DNA of 64,000 bases from an uncultured Nitrospinota bacterium. GTDB taxonomy: Bacteria > Tectomicrobia > Entotheonellia > J063 > CAVPRW01. The DNA lies in assembly GCA_963707985.1 (NCBI GenBank), contig CAVPRW010000031.1:417081-481080 (forward strand), read 5' to 3'. Each line of letters starts with the position of its first letter. Positions within the stretch are counted from its first letter, which is position 1. Position numbers and translations under genes: made by a program. Positions 32,864 through 44,210 of the stretch are shown here, piece by piece. Under the pieces are notes generated by a model. That model was not told where the DNA came from. It did not search any database and saw only the letters and a list, made by a program, of their open reading frames with translations.

Positions 32864-33580
32864 ATGGAACCCGTCATCAGAAATTACCGGAGCGTGTATC
32901 AACCGGGTGGGGCGGCTGCGAGGCTGATCTCACTGGATGATCACCCCACCACTTGTACCATGACGTACTCGGTGATCGAGCCCGGCAAGACCAGTTCGCA
33001 CCACATCCATCCGTGGGAGCATGAGGTCTATATTCTCGAAGGGTCCGGGGTGTTGGTCTGTGATGGGAAGGAGTATCCGATCAGGGAAGGGGACGCCATG
33101 TTGATCCCGGGGAACGTGGACCATTACACCCTGAATAATCGCAGCAGCGGGGTGATCCGGCGCATCGAGGTCAACCCGCTCCTCGCGTCTCAGAGCGGCG
33201 GCGCCAGAAACCAGGGGGGCCAGGGAACGGGCCAGCCTCCCGTCATCCGCAACTACCGGGATCTCGACATGAAAGTAGGGCACGTGCTCCTCAGCGGCAA
33301 AGATGGCGTGCCCACCTATGTCATGCTGTACAACGGGGCCATGGCCCCCGGTGCGGTCAGCCACGCCGACACCGGCGGGCACACCCATCGGTGGGAACAT
33401 GCGGTCTATGTACTGCAGGGGTCGGGGACCCTGGTGTGCGAGGGGAAGAGCTATCCTGTCTCGGAAGGGGACGGAGTCCTGGTGCCCGCCCATGTGCGCC
33501 ACCAGTGGCGGAACGAGACCCAGGCACCGATGCTACGGGTGACCTTCAACGCGGTGGCTTCCGAGGCCCACGAGGGGTAA
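32864..33580 (+). CDS. Bicupin protein
   Basis: Two cupin repeats (HIHPWEHEVY..EG.G and HTHRWEHAVY..QG.G), each preceded by PVIRNYR; AGGAGG RBS. Confidence 0.9.
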   Translation: MEPVIRNYRSVYQPGGAAARLISLDDHPTTCTMTYSVIEPGKTSSHHIHPWEHEVYILEGSGVLVCDGKEYPIREGDAMLIPGNVDHYTLNNRSSGVIRRIEVNPLLASQSGGARNQGGQGTGQPPVIRNYRDLDMKVGHVLLSGKDGVPTYVMLYNGAMAPGAVSHADTGGHTHRWEHAVYVLQGSGTLVCEGKSYPVSEGDGVLVPAHVRHQWRNETQAPMLRVTFNAVASEAHEG

Positions 33581-33628
33581 GGTATTTGGGCGTGCGACCC
33601 AGGTCATGCGGCAGCGCTCGTGAGATGG

Positions 33629-33757
33629 TTGCGGCCGATGACAGACCTGATTGAACGCCTCAACCTGCTCCGACCGATCTATCGGGCCACCTCTACCTAT
33701 GGACATTGCGCTCGCCCGGAATTCCCCTGGGAAGCCGCACACCGTGTCGTAGAGTGA
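33629..33757 (+). pseudogene. Relic of the C-terminus of S-adenosylmethionine synthetase (MetK)
   Basis: [35 protein letters not shown] compared with the MetK consensus L.L.RPIY..TA.YGHFGR..FPWE. Confidence 0.7.
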
Positions 33758-33900
33758 CAGCGCGCCATGAGGTGAGGCGGGGTCCCCCATAGTATTTTCA
33801 TGCACGTGTTTCGAGCCGCGGCACAGCCCAGGACTGGCGCTTTGGACCCATGTCCCTTCGCCCATGTCGACGCCTTTGGCACAGATGGAGGTGATGGGAA

Positions 33901-34192
33901 ATGCCCTTCGTGATTGCAGAACCGTGCATTGACGTCAAGGATCAGGCGTGCGTGAGCGTCTGCCCTGTCGCGTGCATTCATTTTGACGCAGGGAAGGACC
34001 GCAAGCTCTACATCGACCCCAATGAATGCATCGATTGTGGCGCGTGTGAACCGGCGTGTCCGGTGAAGGCGATCTATGCCGAATTGGATCTGCCCCATAA
34101 ATGGGCGAAGTATGAAGAAATCGATGCATCTCTGGTATCGCGATCAAGATGCGGCACGGGCCATGGTGGATACCGTGAAAGCGAGGGCCTAG
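33901..34192 (+). CDS. Ferredoxin (FdxA/7Fe type); probable frameshift near 34130
   Basis: C...KD.ACVSVCPVACI, CIDCGACEPACP; the alternative frame gives LWYRDQDAARAMV..., stop at 34192. Confidence 0.9.
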
Positions 34193-34236
34193 GGTGCCCA
34201 GCCTAAACAGCGAACATTGTGCCGAAGGGAGACGTG

Positions 34237-35061
34237 ATGACGACGTTAGACGAGCGGTTCCAGAAGGGTTTGGAGGTCCGGGCGCGCCTGGCTGGGGGAC
34301 AGGGGAGGAGCTACAGGGGGTCCGTTCCCATGGCCTACGAGCTGGCCCCGGATATGTACCGTATAACCACGGAGAGTCTGTACGGTTCCATCTGGAGCCG
34401 CCCGGGCCTGGATCTCAAGTACCGTGTCATGGCCACCTTGACAGTCGCTGCCATCCAGCTCGCCGCCCCGCAGGTCCGGGCGCAAGTACGCAATGCCCTG
34501 AATGTGGGCATCACGCCGGAGGAGCTCATCGAGATCTGCATGATGATCACCTTCTACGGCGGCACACCGGCGGCCTATAATGCTCTGGCGGTGACCAGGG
34601 AGGTCTTTGAAGAGCGGGGCATCGATGTAACCCTGCCGGAAACCTTCGATCCCTCGGTCGCGCCGGAGACCCTGTATGAGAGGGGCATTGCCAAACACCA
34701 GGAGTTGATGCCCGACGTCTTCGGCTTCCATCCGACGGAGCCGACCCCGGTGGAGCACGACCTGGACGTGCTGATGCAGGAGTATCTCTGGGGGGCCATC
34801 TGGACACGGCCTGGTCTCGACATGAAGAGCCGGATCGTCTGTTCCCTGGCCGCCAGGGTGGTCATGGGGCATTATGACTTGTCTGTCCGTCGGATGATCG
34901 AAGGGGCCCTGCGTTACGGCTTCAGCCAAACGGAGATCATGGAAGTGGGCATGCAATTGGTGTTCTATATCGGCGTGCTGCCGGCGCGAGCCTTCATGCA
35001 CATCGCCAGTACGGTCTTCAGGTCGCCTGAGTTTGCGCCACCAAACGACGAGAGGCGGTAA
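34237..35061 (+). CDS. Carboxymuconolactone decarboxylase family protein (two domains)
   Basis: Duplicated motif: YGSIWSRPGLDLK and WGAIWTRPGLDMK. Confidence 0.88.
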   Translation: MTTLDERFQKGLEVRARLAGGQGRSYRGSVPMAYELAPDMYRITTESLYGSIWSRPGLDLKYRVMATLTVAAIQLAAPQVRAQVRNALNVGITPEELIEICMMITFYGGTPAAYNALAVTREVFEERGIDVTLPETFDPSVAPETLYERGIAKHQELMPDVFGFHPTEPTPVEHDLDVLMQEYLWGAIWTRPGLDMKSRIVCSLAARVVMGHYDLSVRRMIEGALRYGFSQTEIMEVGMQLVFYIGVLPARAFMHIASTVFRSPEFAPPNDERR

Positions 35062-35270
35062 GGGGGGAGGGCTCACAGCTGCGCTGGTCAGGCCAGGGAG
35101 GGGGCGCCTTGAGCGGTACTGCGGACAGCCGCACGGCCCCTCCTGCCGAGATGAGCGGAGAGAAGCACTCCGGACGGAGCCTCTCCGCACCTCAGACCCG
35201 CATAAGCTGCCGTGGTACGGCGCGCATCTCGGCCGTTAATGGCGCACGACTGGCAGGTGCACGGTGACGA

Positions 35271-36533
35271 TCACCAGCGTGGCTTTAAGGCTTGTAGACG
35301 CTTGCGTAAGCGCGATGGCTCAAGCTTCTGTGCATCGAACCGTTCGGCGTCCAGGAACTGCATCAACCGTTCGATGCCTTTCAACAGTGCTGCTGCAAAC
35401 CTCGCACTCTGACCTGTGCTAGTCTCCTCCAGCCAAAAACCGCAGACCACCAAGGTACGAGTCTGTCGATCCAGTCTGAGATCGATACGCGCTACCAGCC
35501 GATCGCCCCACAAAATTGGCAGCGTGTAGTAACCCCACTTGCGTTGATGCGCCGGCTTATAGACCTCCCACACATAATCGAAATCAAAGAGAAGCTTGGC
35601 CCGGCCGCGGGCGCTGACCGGATCGAGTGGGGACAGAAAGGTCACCTCGTCGTCGGTGGTAGTGTCCTGTGGTGTCCAGGCTTTGGGCACATCACCTGCC
35701 GTGAGTATCTCGAGGAGTGGTACATCTGTGGCCAGGACATAGTGCGGTTCTTTCCAGCCTTCAATGTGAACGGTCACGATCTCTTCATGTTCCAGCATGG
35801 CTTCACGCCGGTTCTTCGCCTCCGCGGCACTCATTTGTCGTTTCAGCCAACCGCTGAGCGTCTTTAACGGACTCAAGCCATGGAACGCTAGCAACTTCAT
35901 CATGAAGAAATGGTCCGCCTCTGCGTCGCTCGATTCATAGATCAGGTGCGCTGGCGCGACGTGCTCGGTGCGGGCATAGACGCGTTCGAAGCGTTGGCGG
36001 TGATGCGTCATCGCCTCACCCATACGCCACAGATAGTGCAAGGCAATGGCGCTGTCTTTGCGGCCGCGATAGCTCTGCACACGGGTCCGGGAACTCATGG
36101 CAAAGTCGCGGTTGCTCACCAGTCGGCGCTCCTGCAACGCCGCACGCATCTCGTCGATGACATAGGCGTGGTCGCAGGCGAATTGGCGCCATACTGGGGC
36201 CTCGTCGCGCTCTCGGCGCATCAGCACGCGCCAATGCGGCAACTCATCCATGGGCCGCACCGCCAACCAGCCTCCCCAATCGAAGAACTTGCGCTGCTGA
36301 TAAGTCAGCTCTGCCCATAAGTCGGGCTGGTAATCGATCACGCGGCTGTGCAACATTAAGTCCTGGCTGCGTGCAATGACCACCAGGGGATCGAGTTGCA
36401 GGTGTTCGACCGCACGCATGGCGTGTTCGGTGCCGGCAGGACCCGTCCAGCGACGGCCGGGCCATAGACCTTGCTTGCCCAGGATAAAGCGTCGAGCGAC
36501 GGTGATCGGGAGTGTGCAGGGAGGTGCTAGCAC
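35271..36533 (-). CDS. YcaQ/AlkZ-family crosslink-repair DNA glycosylase
   Basis: LQLDP (QxD), FLSPLDP, LFDFDYVWEVYKP..RKWGYY.LPIL. Confidence 0.9.
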   Translation of the reverse strand: MLAPPCTLPITVARRFILGKQGLWPGRRWTGPAGTEHAMRAVEHLQLDPLVVIARSQDLMLHSRVIDYQPDLWAELTYQQRKFFDWGGWLAVRPMDELPHWRVLMRRERDEAPVWRQFACDHAYVIDEMRAALQERRLVSNRDFAMSSRTRVQSYRGRKDSAIALHYLWRMGEAMTHHRQRFERVYARTEHVAPAHLIYESSDAEADHFFMMKLLAFHGLSPLKTLSGWLKRQMSAAEAKNRREAMLEHEEIVTVHIEGWKEPHYVLATDVPLLEILTAGDVPKAWTPQDTTTDDEVTFLSPLDPVSARGRAKLLFDFDYVWEVYKPAHQRKWGYYTLPILWGDRLVARIDLRLDRQTRTLVVCGFWLEETSTGQSARFAAALLKGIERLMQFLDAERFDAQKLEPSRLRKRLQALKPRW

Positions 36534-37837
36534 ATGAGCCTTCCTTCTGAAACAGCACGCTGTTGGCCGCCCGTGAGACTTGCGCCCCACATACAACCGA
36601 TGGCGACGCACACCAGTACCAGCGCCAGACTAAAGGCGACAACGTAGTTGCCCTGCAGGTCAAACAGCAGTCCGCCGATTAGCGGCCCCAGCATGATCCC
36701 CAGGCCGCGGCCCATCTGCACGAGCCCCATCACAGATCCCAGGGTGTTAGTGGGAAACAGGTCGGCAGCCTTGGCTCCCACCATCAGCCCAAAGATACCA
36801 TCGCTCAAGCCATTCAGCGCCACAAATAAGATAATGGGCCACAATCTCTGTCCATCTCCGAGGGTGAGTAGGATCACGAGGCCCCCGATCTGCATTCCCG
36901 ACCCCACGGTGTACACCACCTCCCGGCCCAAGACATCGGACAGGGCGCCGCTGATGGGCCGCCCGGCCATACCGATCAGGCCGACCGCTCCAATGGCTGA
37001 TGCCGCCAACAGCGGATTGTAGCTCACACTGATGAAAAAGGCCACGATATGCACATGGGTCAGCTGGTTTCCCATAGTCGACAGTAGCCGAGCCATCACC
37101 AGCAGCCATACTGGGTGATGACGGAATAGGTGCTGTGTCTTGCGAGTGTCGGTGACGTTTATCTGATGGGAGAATGCTTCACCGCTGTCCCGACCTTCCC
37201 CCACCAAGGCAGAGGGAACCTCTGTTCTGCCCGGCCTGACCCCTCTGGTCGTGGCCTGCTGCATGGGAGGACGCCGTTGCAAGAGAATGTTGGCCGGCCC
37301 CACCAGGAGAAAAAACAGCACACCAAGGATCCGGAAGGTGTCCCGCCAGCCGATAGCGGAGATGAGCCATTGGGCCAGTGGGAGGAAAATCACCTGCCCC
37401 AGAGAATTGCCGGCATCAGCGAGCCCCAGCATCCGGCCACGATTGCGTGGGAACCAGGGGGACAGGATGGCAGCAGTGGTGAAGGACGAAATGGAATTTT
37501 CACCCACCGTCGCCAGGATACCGTAGAGCATGTACAAATGCCAGAGCTCGCTGGCGCTGCTGCTGGTGAGGTAACCAAGCAAGATCAGCAACCCGCCCAG
37601 AGGGAAGAGTAGGCGAGGACCTATGCGGTCCAGGAGATGGCCCAGCAACGGTGCACAGAGGGCACCGGTCAACCCTCCTAGAGAGAACACCCCAGAGGTC
37701 GCGGCAGCACTCCAGTGAAAGCTGTCCCGGAGGGCCACATACACGACGGGAACCGTGTTCTTGATCCCACCTTCAACGAGTAGATTGGTAAAACTCAGGC
37801 CGAAAATGACCCAGCCGTAGTAGCGTTTACCTGCCAT
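36527..37837 (-). CDS. MFS transporter
   Basis: About 12 TM segments; GHLLDRIGPR, GALSDVLGR. Confidence 0.92.
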   Translation of the reverse strand: MAGKRYYGWVIFGLSFTNLLVEGGIKNTVPVVYVALRDSFHWSAAATSGVFSLGGLTGALCAPLLGHLLDRIGPRLLFPLGGLLILLGYLTSSSASELWHLYMLYGILATVGENSISSFTTAAILSPWFPRNRGRMLGLADAGNSLGQVIFLPLAQWLISAIGWRDTFRILGVLFFLLVGPANILLQRRPPMQQATTRGVRPGRTEVPSALVGEGRDSGEAFSHQINVTDTRKTQHLFRHHPVWLLVMARLLSTMGNQLTHVHIVAFFISVSYNPLLAASAIGAVGLIGMAGRPISGALSDVLGREVVYTVGSGMQIGGLVILLTLGDGQRLWPIILFVALNGLSDGIFGLMVGAKAADLFPTNTLGSVMGLVQMGRGLGIMLGPLIGGLLFDLQGNYVVAFSLALVLVCVAIGCMWGASLTGGQQRAVSEGRLMC

Positions 37838-37929
37838 GGTCCGCGGTCCGCGTTGGCATCCCATCCAGACATGGGCTCAAATAAGTACTTCCCATGCGGA
37901 TGACATGTGCCGATACTATCCGGCTTGGT

Positions 37930-39342
37930 TCAACCTAGCGGTGGACGCTTGTGGGCCCAGGGAGCCAGCCCTTCGAACGCCGCTGCTGCCCGCAATACCA
38001 GCGCATCCGACAAGCGTGGCGCGGTGATTTGCAGGCCCACCGGCAGGCCATCGGGTGTCCAGCCGCAGGGCACGCTTGCCGCGGGGTAGCCAATCAAACT
38101 GAGGGGGAAGGTAAAGGCCAGCCAGCCCAGGCGAGTAACTTTCCGTCCAGCGATCTCTTCATGGGCTTCCACCGTTATCGGTGGCGGTGGGGCCGCAAAG
38201 GTGGGGGTCAGGAGGAGATCGTAGCGGCTGAAAAACCGTACGAACACATCGTTGAGCGTGCGCCTGACATTGGAGGCTCGGACGAAATCGACGGCGCTCC
38301 AGCGCATCCCCGCCTCGATCTGGGTGGCGAATGAGGGATCGACACGGTCACGCTCGGCAGGCCAGCGGTCCGCCACTCGGGCGGCGCGGTTGGCGGTCGA
38401 CAGGATTTGATAGGTCTCGGCTGGGTCGTCGAACCCGGGATGCGCCTCCTCCACATGACAGCCCAGATCGGCAAAGCGTTGCGCCGCCGCTTCGGTGAGC
38501 CGTCGCACCTGGGAGTCCACGGCCGCATATCCCCAATCCGGGCTCCACGCCACGCGCAATCCTTGAACTCCTCGGTCGACGCTCGCGAGATAGTCGTTTT
38601 CCATCGCCGGCAGGGAGCTAATATCGCGGGGCTCTGCCCCCACCATGGCGTTCAGCATCAACGCGGCATCGCGCACAGTGCGAGTCATTGGGCCCGTGTG
38701 CGAGAGTGTCTCGAGCCCGCCAAATGTTGGGGCCATTGCGACCAGCCCGAGCGTGGGTTTCAGTCCGAAGATCGCACAGCAGCTCGACGGAATGCGAATC
38801 GATCCACCCGCGTCGGTCCCTACTGCCAGCGGTCCCAGCCCCGCCGCTACCGCCGCTGCCGCGCCGCCGCTCGATCCTCCCGGCGTGTGCTCCAGGCTCC
38901 AGGGGTTGCGGCTCGGCCCGAAGATCAGATTGTCCGTGATGGCTTTGTGTCCGAATTCCGGTGTGTTAGTCTTACCCAGAATGATGGCTCCGGCACGCTT
39001 GAGGCGTTCGACCACGGGCGCGTCTTCATCGGGGATGAATTGCTCGTAGAGCTTCGACCCATGCGTCGTGCGCACCCCCTTCGTGGTCACCAGATCCTTG
39101 ATCGACACCGGGATCCCGTGCAGCGCCCCCAGCTCCTCGCCCCGCATGACAGCGGCCTCAGCTTCCTTCGCCGCGGCGCGCGCGGCTGCAGCCGTGACAG
39201 TGCAATAGGCGTTGAGCATGGGATTAAGCCGCTCAATACGCGCCAGCACGGCGTCCATTACTTCCACCGGGGAGACCTTCTTGGCGCGAATTGCCTCCCC
39301 CAGCTTAAGGGCCGGCATATAACACAGCTCGATCGCATCCAT
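37930..39342 (-). CDS. Amidase-signature family amidase
   Basis: SIKDL, PGGSSGG, GTDAGGSIRIP. Confidence 0.95.
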   Translation of the reverse strand: MDAIELCYMPALKLGEAIRAKKVSPVEVMDAVLARIERLNPMLNAYCTVTAAAARAAAKEAEAAVMRGEELGALHGIPVSIKDLVTTKGVRTTHGSKLYEQFIPDEDAPVVERLKRAGAIILGKTNTPEFGHKAITDNLIFGPSRNPWSLEHTPGGSSGGAAAAVAAGLGPLAVGTDAGGSIRIPSSCCAIFGLKPTLGLVAMAPTFGGLETLSHTGPMTRTVRDAALMLNAMVGAEPRDISSLPAMENDYLASVDRGVQGLRVAWSPDWGYAAVDSQVRRLTEAAAQRFADLGCHVEEAHPGFDDPAETYQILSTANRAARVADRWPAERDRVDPSFATQIEAGMRWSAVDFVRASNVRRTLNDVFVRFFSRYDLLLTPTFAAPPPPITVEAHEEIAGRKVTRLGWLAFTFPLSLIGYPAASVPCGWTPDGLPVGLQITAPRLSDALVLRAAAAFEGLAPWAHKRPPLG

Positions 39343-39512
39343 CACATAACCCCCTGAAAACCTATATGAAACAGCTGATACTCGCCATGTGCCTCTACAC
39401 CTGGGGGAGTTCTTCCAGTGTAGAACGAAACCTCTGTCCCGCCCTCGACCGTGAGGCTTGTGCTGCGCGCCGTCACCATTGCCCGAGTGCTATCGCCCCT
39501 ACCCACCCCCTT

Positions 39513-39672
39513 TCTGGGGTAGGTTTTTCGTCCCCTCGCCCTCTGGGAGAGGGTTAGGGTGAGGGCTGGATGGTATCATCGCACAAGACCCCTCACCCCC
39601 GCCCTCTCCCGGTGGGCGAGGGAGAAATGACCCAGGGTCAGTGTCGCGTCTAAAAAAACCTACCCTTGTGAG
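39513..39672. mobile_element. MITE-like element, copy 2 (inverted relative to copy 1)
   Basis: Reverse complement of 1019-1179 with scattered substitutions; same inverted ends. Confidence 0.75.
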
Positions 39673-40137
39673 CTACCCAGCCCCCCCTGTCACTGGTCAG
39701 AGCTCGGCACAGGATGAAATGGCGGCGTGCGGCCTGTGGTTAGGCGTGCAACGGTAGCATGCAGGCTGGTCGATGTCAATCTGGGCTACCATCAATCAAT
39801 CACCATCCGACGCCATGTCGACTGTCGAATGTCGTGCGGACGTGACCTGCTGAACGCCCTCCACTCAATGGAGGGTTGTGTGAACGATAGAAAATGCTGT
39901 AAAAGTATCGGATTGGATGTTGTCGGATTGGTTTGCGAGAGGAGAGATGGTCATGGAGCGGGTTTGCGGGAAACAGAGGGGAACGACCAAGGGGTTCATG
40001 GTTGTACGGCTAGTGGTACTTGCCACCCTTGTTGGGCTGGCTGAGCTTTTCGCCCAAGAGGCGCATGCAGCGCGGACCTCTCTGCGCGTGGAGACAGGAG
40101 CGCTCTTGCGGGACCGGGAAGTTGCGAAGCACGGCCC

Positions 40138-42820
40138 ATGGACGCCCTTACGAACGCCGCGGTGGCAGTTCCTCGTAACCCTGGGAAGTCTCATGGGGGC
40201 GGCCTGTCTTGTCCTGCTTTCTGCCTTATCGAGCGCGGAAGGTGGGGGGAAGACTTGTGGTGGGACTCCCGGAGGGAGCCTGCCACCACCCTTGCGGAGT
40301 CGATTTACCGGCTGCCCGTTTACGTCAGTGTGTTATATACAGCGGCTCACCCGGATGACGAGAATAACGCCCTGCTGGCTTATTTGGCGCGTGGTGTGTT
40401 CGCCCGGACGGCGTATCTGTCCTTAACTCGTGGCGATGGCGGGCAGAACCGGATCGGCCGCGAACTTTTCGAAGCGCTGGGAGTGATTCGCACGGAAGAG
40501 CTGCTGGAGGCTCGAAGGGTGGATGGGGCCGAGCAATTCTTCACCCGCGCCTACGATTTTGGGTTCTCGAAGAGTCCCGACGAGACCTTGGCGAAATGGA
40601 GCCGCGAGGAGATTCTCGAGGACATCGTCCGGGTGATTCGGACGTTTCGACCCGATGTGATCATTTCCAGATTTTTCGGTACACCATTGGATGGTCATGG
40701 CCACCATCAAGCGGCAGGCATCCTGACCCGCGAAGCGTTTTTCGCCGCCGCTGACTCCAGCCGCTTTCCGCAGCAGATCGCGGCAGGGTTGCCGCCGTGG
40801 CAGGCGGCAAAACTGTTCTGGAACGAATTTCGTTCCTCGCGGGGGGCAGCACCGGTAGAAGGATCACGGGGGGTGACGGTCGATCTGGGGGCATATAGCC
40901 CGATCTTGGAGCAGACCTACTATCAGCTCGGCCTCAACGCGCAAAATCTCCATCGGTCTCAGCTGCCCCCACGACTGCCACGCCATAGGGAACGCCTGGA
41001 TGGCTTTCGACGCCTGGATGTAGAAGGCAGTGGCCTCTCCAACGATCTGTTCGACGGCATGGACCTGACGCTGGTACGTGTTGCGGACGTTTTCCGCGAA
41101 GGCTCCACCGCGGCGCAGCTGCTACGCAGGGAGTTACATGAGATTCAAGGCGTGGCGCAGGCGGCGGCGGAACGCTTCAGTTCCCGGGAGCCATCCGCCA
41201 TCGTCCCGCTCCTCTGGCAGGGCTATGAGCGCATTTGCCGCCTACGTGAAGCGCGGCCCTCCCTGGCATTGGATGCTCTGGCAGTTGACCGCATCGACCA
41301 TGCCTTATGCATCAAGGAGCAGGAGTTCCGAACGGCCCTGGAGCGCTCTGTGGGTTTGGAGATTCATGCCGTGGCCGCGACACACAGCGCCGTGCGTGGT
41401 GGCACACTGGCGGTGGCCGTGTCGATGATCAATCATAGCCTACACACCATCGCTCTCGAATTCGTCGATCTGCAGGCCCCAAGCGGATGGGAGGTCACTC
41501 CTCCGTCGTTCCAGAAGACTCTGCTCACGCCCCACCAAGGCATCGAGCTTTCCTTTCAAGTGGCCATCCCAGCAGATGCCGCACTGACACAGCCCTATTG
41601 GCTTGAACGCCCACGTGATGGAGACCTCTTCAGCGTGACGGATCCCAAGCACCTCATCCATCCTGTTGGCCCACCGTTGCTTGGCGCGTCGTGGCGCTGG
41701 CGAATCGAGGAAGAGGGGTTCTCAGGCATCGTGGATTCAATGCGCCAGGTGGAATTTCCCATCGCAGGGCGTGGTGTCGGCCCGGTGCGACAGCCGATTC
41801 GAGTCGTGCCTGAGCTCTCGCTTGCCCTTGAGCCACCCATCCTCATTGCCCCATTGACCGATCAACCCTATGGAACGGCAGCTCAGCGCCACGCTCCTCG
41901 GGAATGTGGTCGGAGACGCTGTGCTCCGATTACAAGTTCCTGCAGGCTGGAGCGTGGAGCCCCTTGAACATCGGCTCGCCCTCACTGCCCCAGGGCAGGA
42001 GCTGACGCGAAGATTTACCGTGCAGATTCCCGCTCTCAGCGCGGACGGAAGTTTCCGCATCGAGGCGGTGGCAGACCTAGAAGGGAAGCAATTTTCACGC
42101 GGCTACCGGGTCATTGAGTATCCACACATCCGTAGCCAGCTGCTCTACCGTGATGCCAAGACCCGCGTCGAGGTGTTCAGGATACAGACCGCCCCAGATC
42201 TGCGCGTCGGCTATGTCATGGGAGCTGGGGATGAGGTCCCCAGTGCCATCGCACAGCTTGGCATCGAGGTCAGTCTGCTCTCCGCCGAGGACCTGGCCGC
42301 GGCGGATCTGAGCTGGTACGATACCATTGTCGTGGGGGTGCGGGGATATGAATTTCGACCGGACCTGGTGGCCAACCAGCAACGTTTCTTGGACTACGTC
42401 CGAGAGGGTGGCACTTTGATCGTGCAGTATCACACTCTCGCCTCGGAGGGGGTAGTCTTCACTCCCTATCCTGCGAAACTCAGCCGCGCCCGGGTGGTGG
42501 ATGAGACCGCGCCGATGACGGTCCTCGAACCTGGGCACGTGATCTTTCACTGGCCGAATGTCATCACCCAAAGGGACTTTGACGGCTGGATTCAGGAGCG
42601 TGGCCTGTACTTTCTCGAGCAGTGGGATGAGCGCTTCACACCACTGCTGGAATCCCACGATCCGGGGGAGTCACCGCAACGTGGGGGGATGGTCATCGCC
42701 ACCTATGGCAAAGGCCAGTTCGTGTATACCGGATATGCCTGGTTTCGCCAGTTGCCAGCGGGTGTCCCTGGCGCATTTCGTCTGTTTGCCAACATGATCA
42801 GTCTACCGCGAGCACCATAA
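40138..42820 (+). CDS. Large exported PIG-L family deacetylase with NEW3-like and C-terminal GAT-like domains (frameshift near 41870 and probably others near the start)
   Basis: AHPDDE, TRGDGGQN, HGHH; second ORF has VGYVMGAGD...FDGWIQERGLYF...FRQLPAGVPGAFRLFAN. Confidence 0.88.
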
Positions 42821-42931
42821 GCGTCTTGGGCGGGCGCAGGTGAACCATCCCGCCCTCTGTTCAGTGGATGTTGCACGCTGCAACACTCGGGAAAAGTGTC
42901 TGGGACATCGATAATCGATGGAGGAGGCCGT

Positions 42932-44170
42932 ATGAGCAATATACCAAGTGGTTCTCCGACGAGCTACTTTCAGAGCGTGACGCAAGCCGTTGATGCCCTA
43001 CACCAGGAATTAGTGGACATCAGTCTGGATATCCATGCTCATCCGGAGCTGAACTATCAGGAATATCATGCTGCACAGGTCTTGGCCGATGCGCTCGAGC
43101 GGCATGGCTTCCGGGTCGAGCGCGGGGTTGGCGGCGTGGAAACAGCCTTCCGCGCCACCATGCCGGGGGGTCAAGGGGATGGCCCAACGGTGGCCTTACT
43201 GGCGGAGTACGATGCCCTGCCGGGGATCGGCCACGGTTGCGGTCATAATCTCATCGCCATGTCCAATCTGGGCGCTGGGCTTGGAGTGAAGGCCACCCTA
43301 CAATCCCTGCCGGGCCGCCTCATGGTTCTAGGCACACCGGCAGAGGAGGGAGGTGGTGGCAAGATTCGCCTTCTGGACGCCGGGGTGTTCAAGGATGTCG
43401 ATGTGGTCCTCTCCTCCCATCCATCGTCTAACCGCACCATCATTCCCATGGATATTCCCAAGGATCAAAGCTGGAGCCTAGCGATGGTGGGCTACCGGTA
43501 TGCCTATCATGGCAAAGCGGCCCACGCAGCTGTGGTGCCGCACGAGGGCATCAATGCGCTGAATGCCGTCATCCACCTGTTTACAGGTATCGATGCCTTG
43601 CGTCAACATCTCCGGGAGGACGTGCGCATCCACGGCATCATCACTGATGGTGGCAAAGCAGCCAACGTGGTGCCGGACTTCGCCGCCGCCAATTTCATGC
43701 TGCGTTCAAGAGACCGGGATTACCTGCACGAGGTTGTGGAGAAGGTTCGTCGAGTCGCCGAAGGAGCAGCACTACTCACCGGCGCGCGCCTCGAGGTGCT
43801 ACCGGCTCATCCCCTGTATGAGAATGTGCGTCCCAATCAAGTCTTGGTGCAGGCCGCACGCGCCAATGCCGAGGCCGTTGGAATGCCCATCGATGCCACC
43901 CCCTCGGGCTATAACGGCGGTGGCGCCTCCACCGACTTCGGCAATGTCAGTCAGGTATTGCCGGCGTATTATCTGCGTTTCGCCGTGAGTGAGGACCCCG
44001 TACCTGGCCACTCCACCGCCATGACGCAGGCAGCTAAATCAGCACTGGCCCATGACAGCGCCCTCGCTACGGCCAAAGTGTTGGCCTTGACGGCATGCGA
44101 TCTGCTGGCGCATCCCGCTCTCCTAGAGTCGGCACGGGCTGATTTCGCGGAACGTTCGACTCCCAGGTAG
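42932..44170 (+). CDS. M20-family metallopeptidase/amidohydrolase
   Basis: HPEL, AEYDALPGIGHGCGHN, GTPAEEGGGGK, STDFGNVS. Confidence 0.93.
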   Translation: MSNIPSGSPTSYFQSVTQAVDALHQELVDISLDIHAHPELNYQEYHAAQVLADALERHGFRVERGVGGVETAFRATMPGGQGDGPTVALLAEYDALPGIGHGCGHNLIAMSNLGAGLGVKATLQSLPGRLMVLGTPAEEGGGGKIRLLDAGVFKDVDVVLSSHPSSNRTIIPMDIPKDQSWSLAMVGYRYAYHGKAAHAAVVPHEGINALNAVIHLFTGIDALRQHLREDVRIHGIITDGGKAANVVPDFAAANFMLRSRDRDYLHEVVEKVRRVAEGAALLTGARLEVLPAHPLYENVRPNQVLVQAARANAEAVGMPIDATPSGYNGGGASTDFGNVSQVLPAYYLRFAVSEDPVPGHSTAMTQAAKSALAHDSALATAKVLALTACDLLAHPALLESARADFAERSTPR

Positions 44171-44210
44171 GAGAGGCTCGTTGGCTTGCCGTCGGATCCG
44201 GAGAAGAGCC

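Noticed and set aside
39394..39424. Hairpin TCTACAC...GTGTAGA as a terminator or riboswitch
   Set aside because: No U-tract, no gene ends there and no aptamer consensus is recognisable.
39917..40426. Independent 169-aa membrane protein
   Set aside because: Its second hydrophobic stretch is more simply the frameshifted signal peptide of the PIG-L gene; the rest is unsupported.
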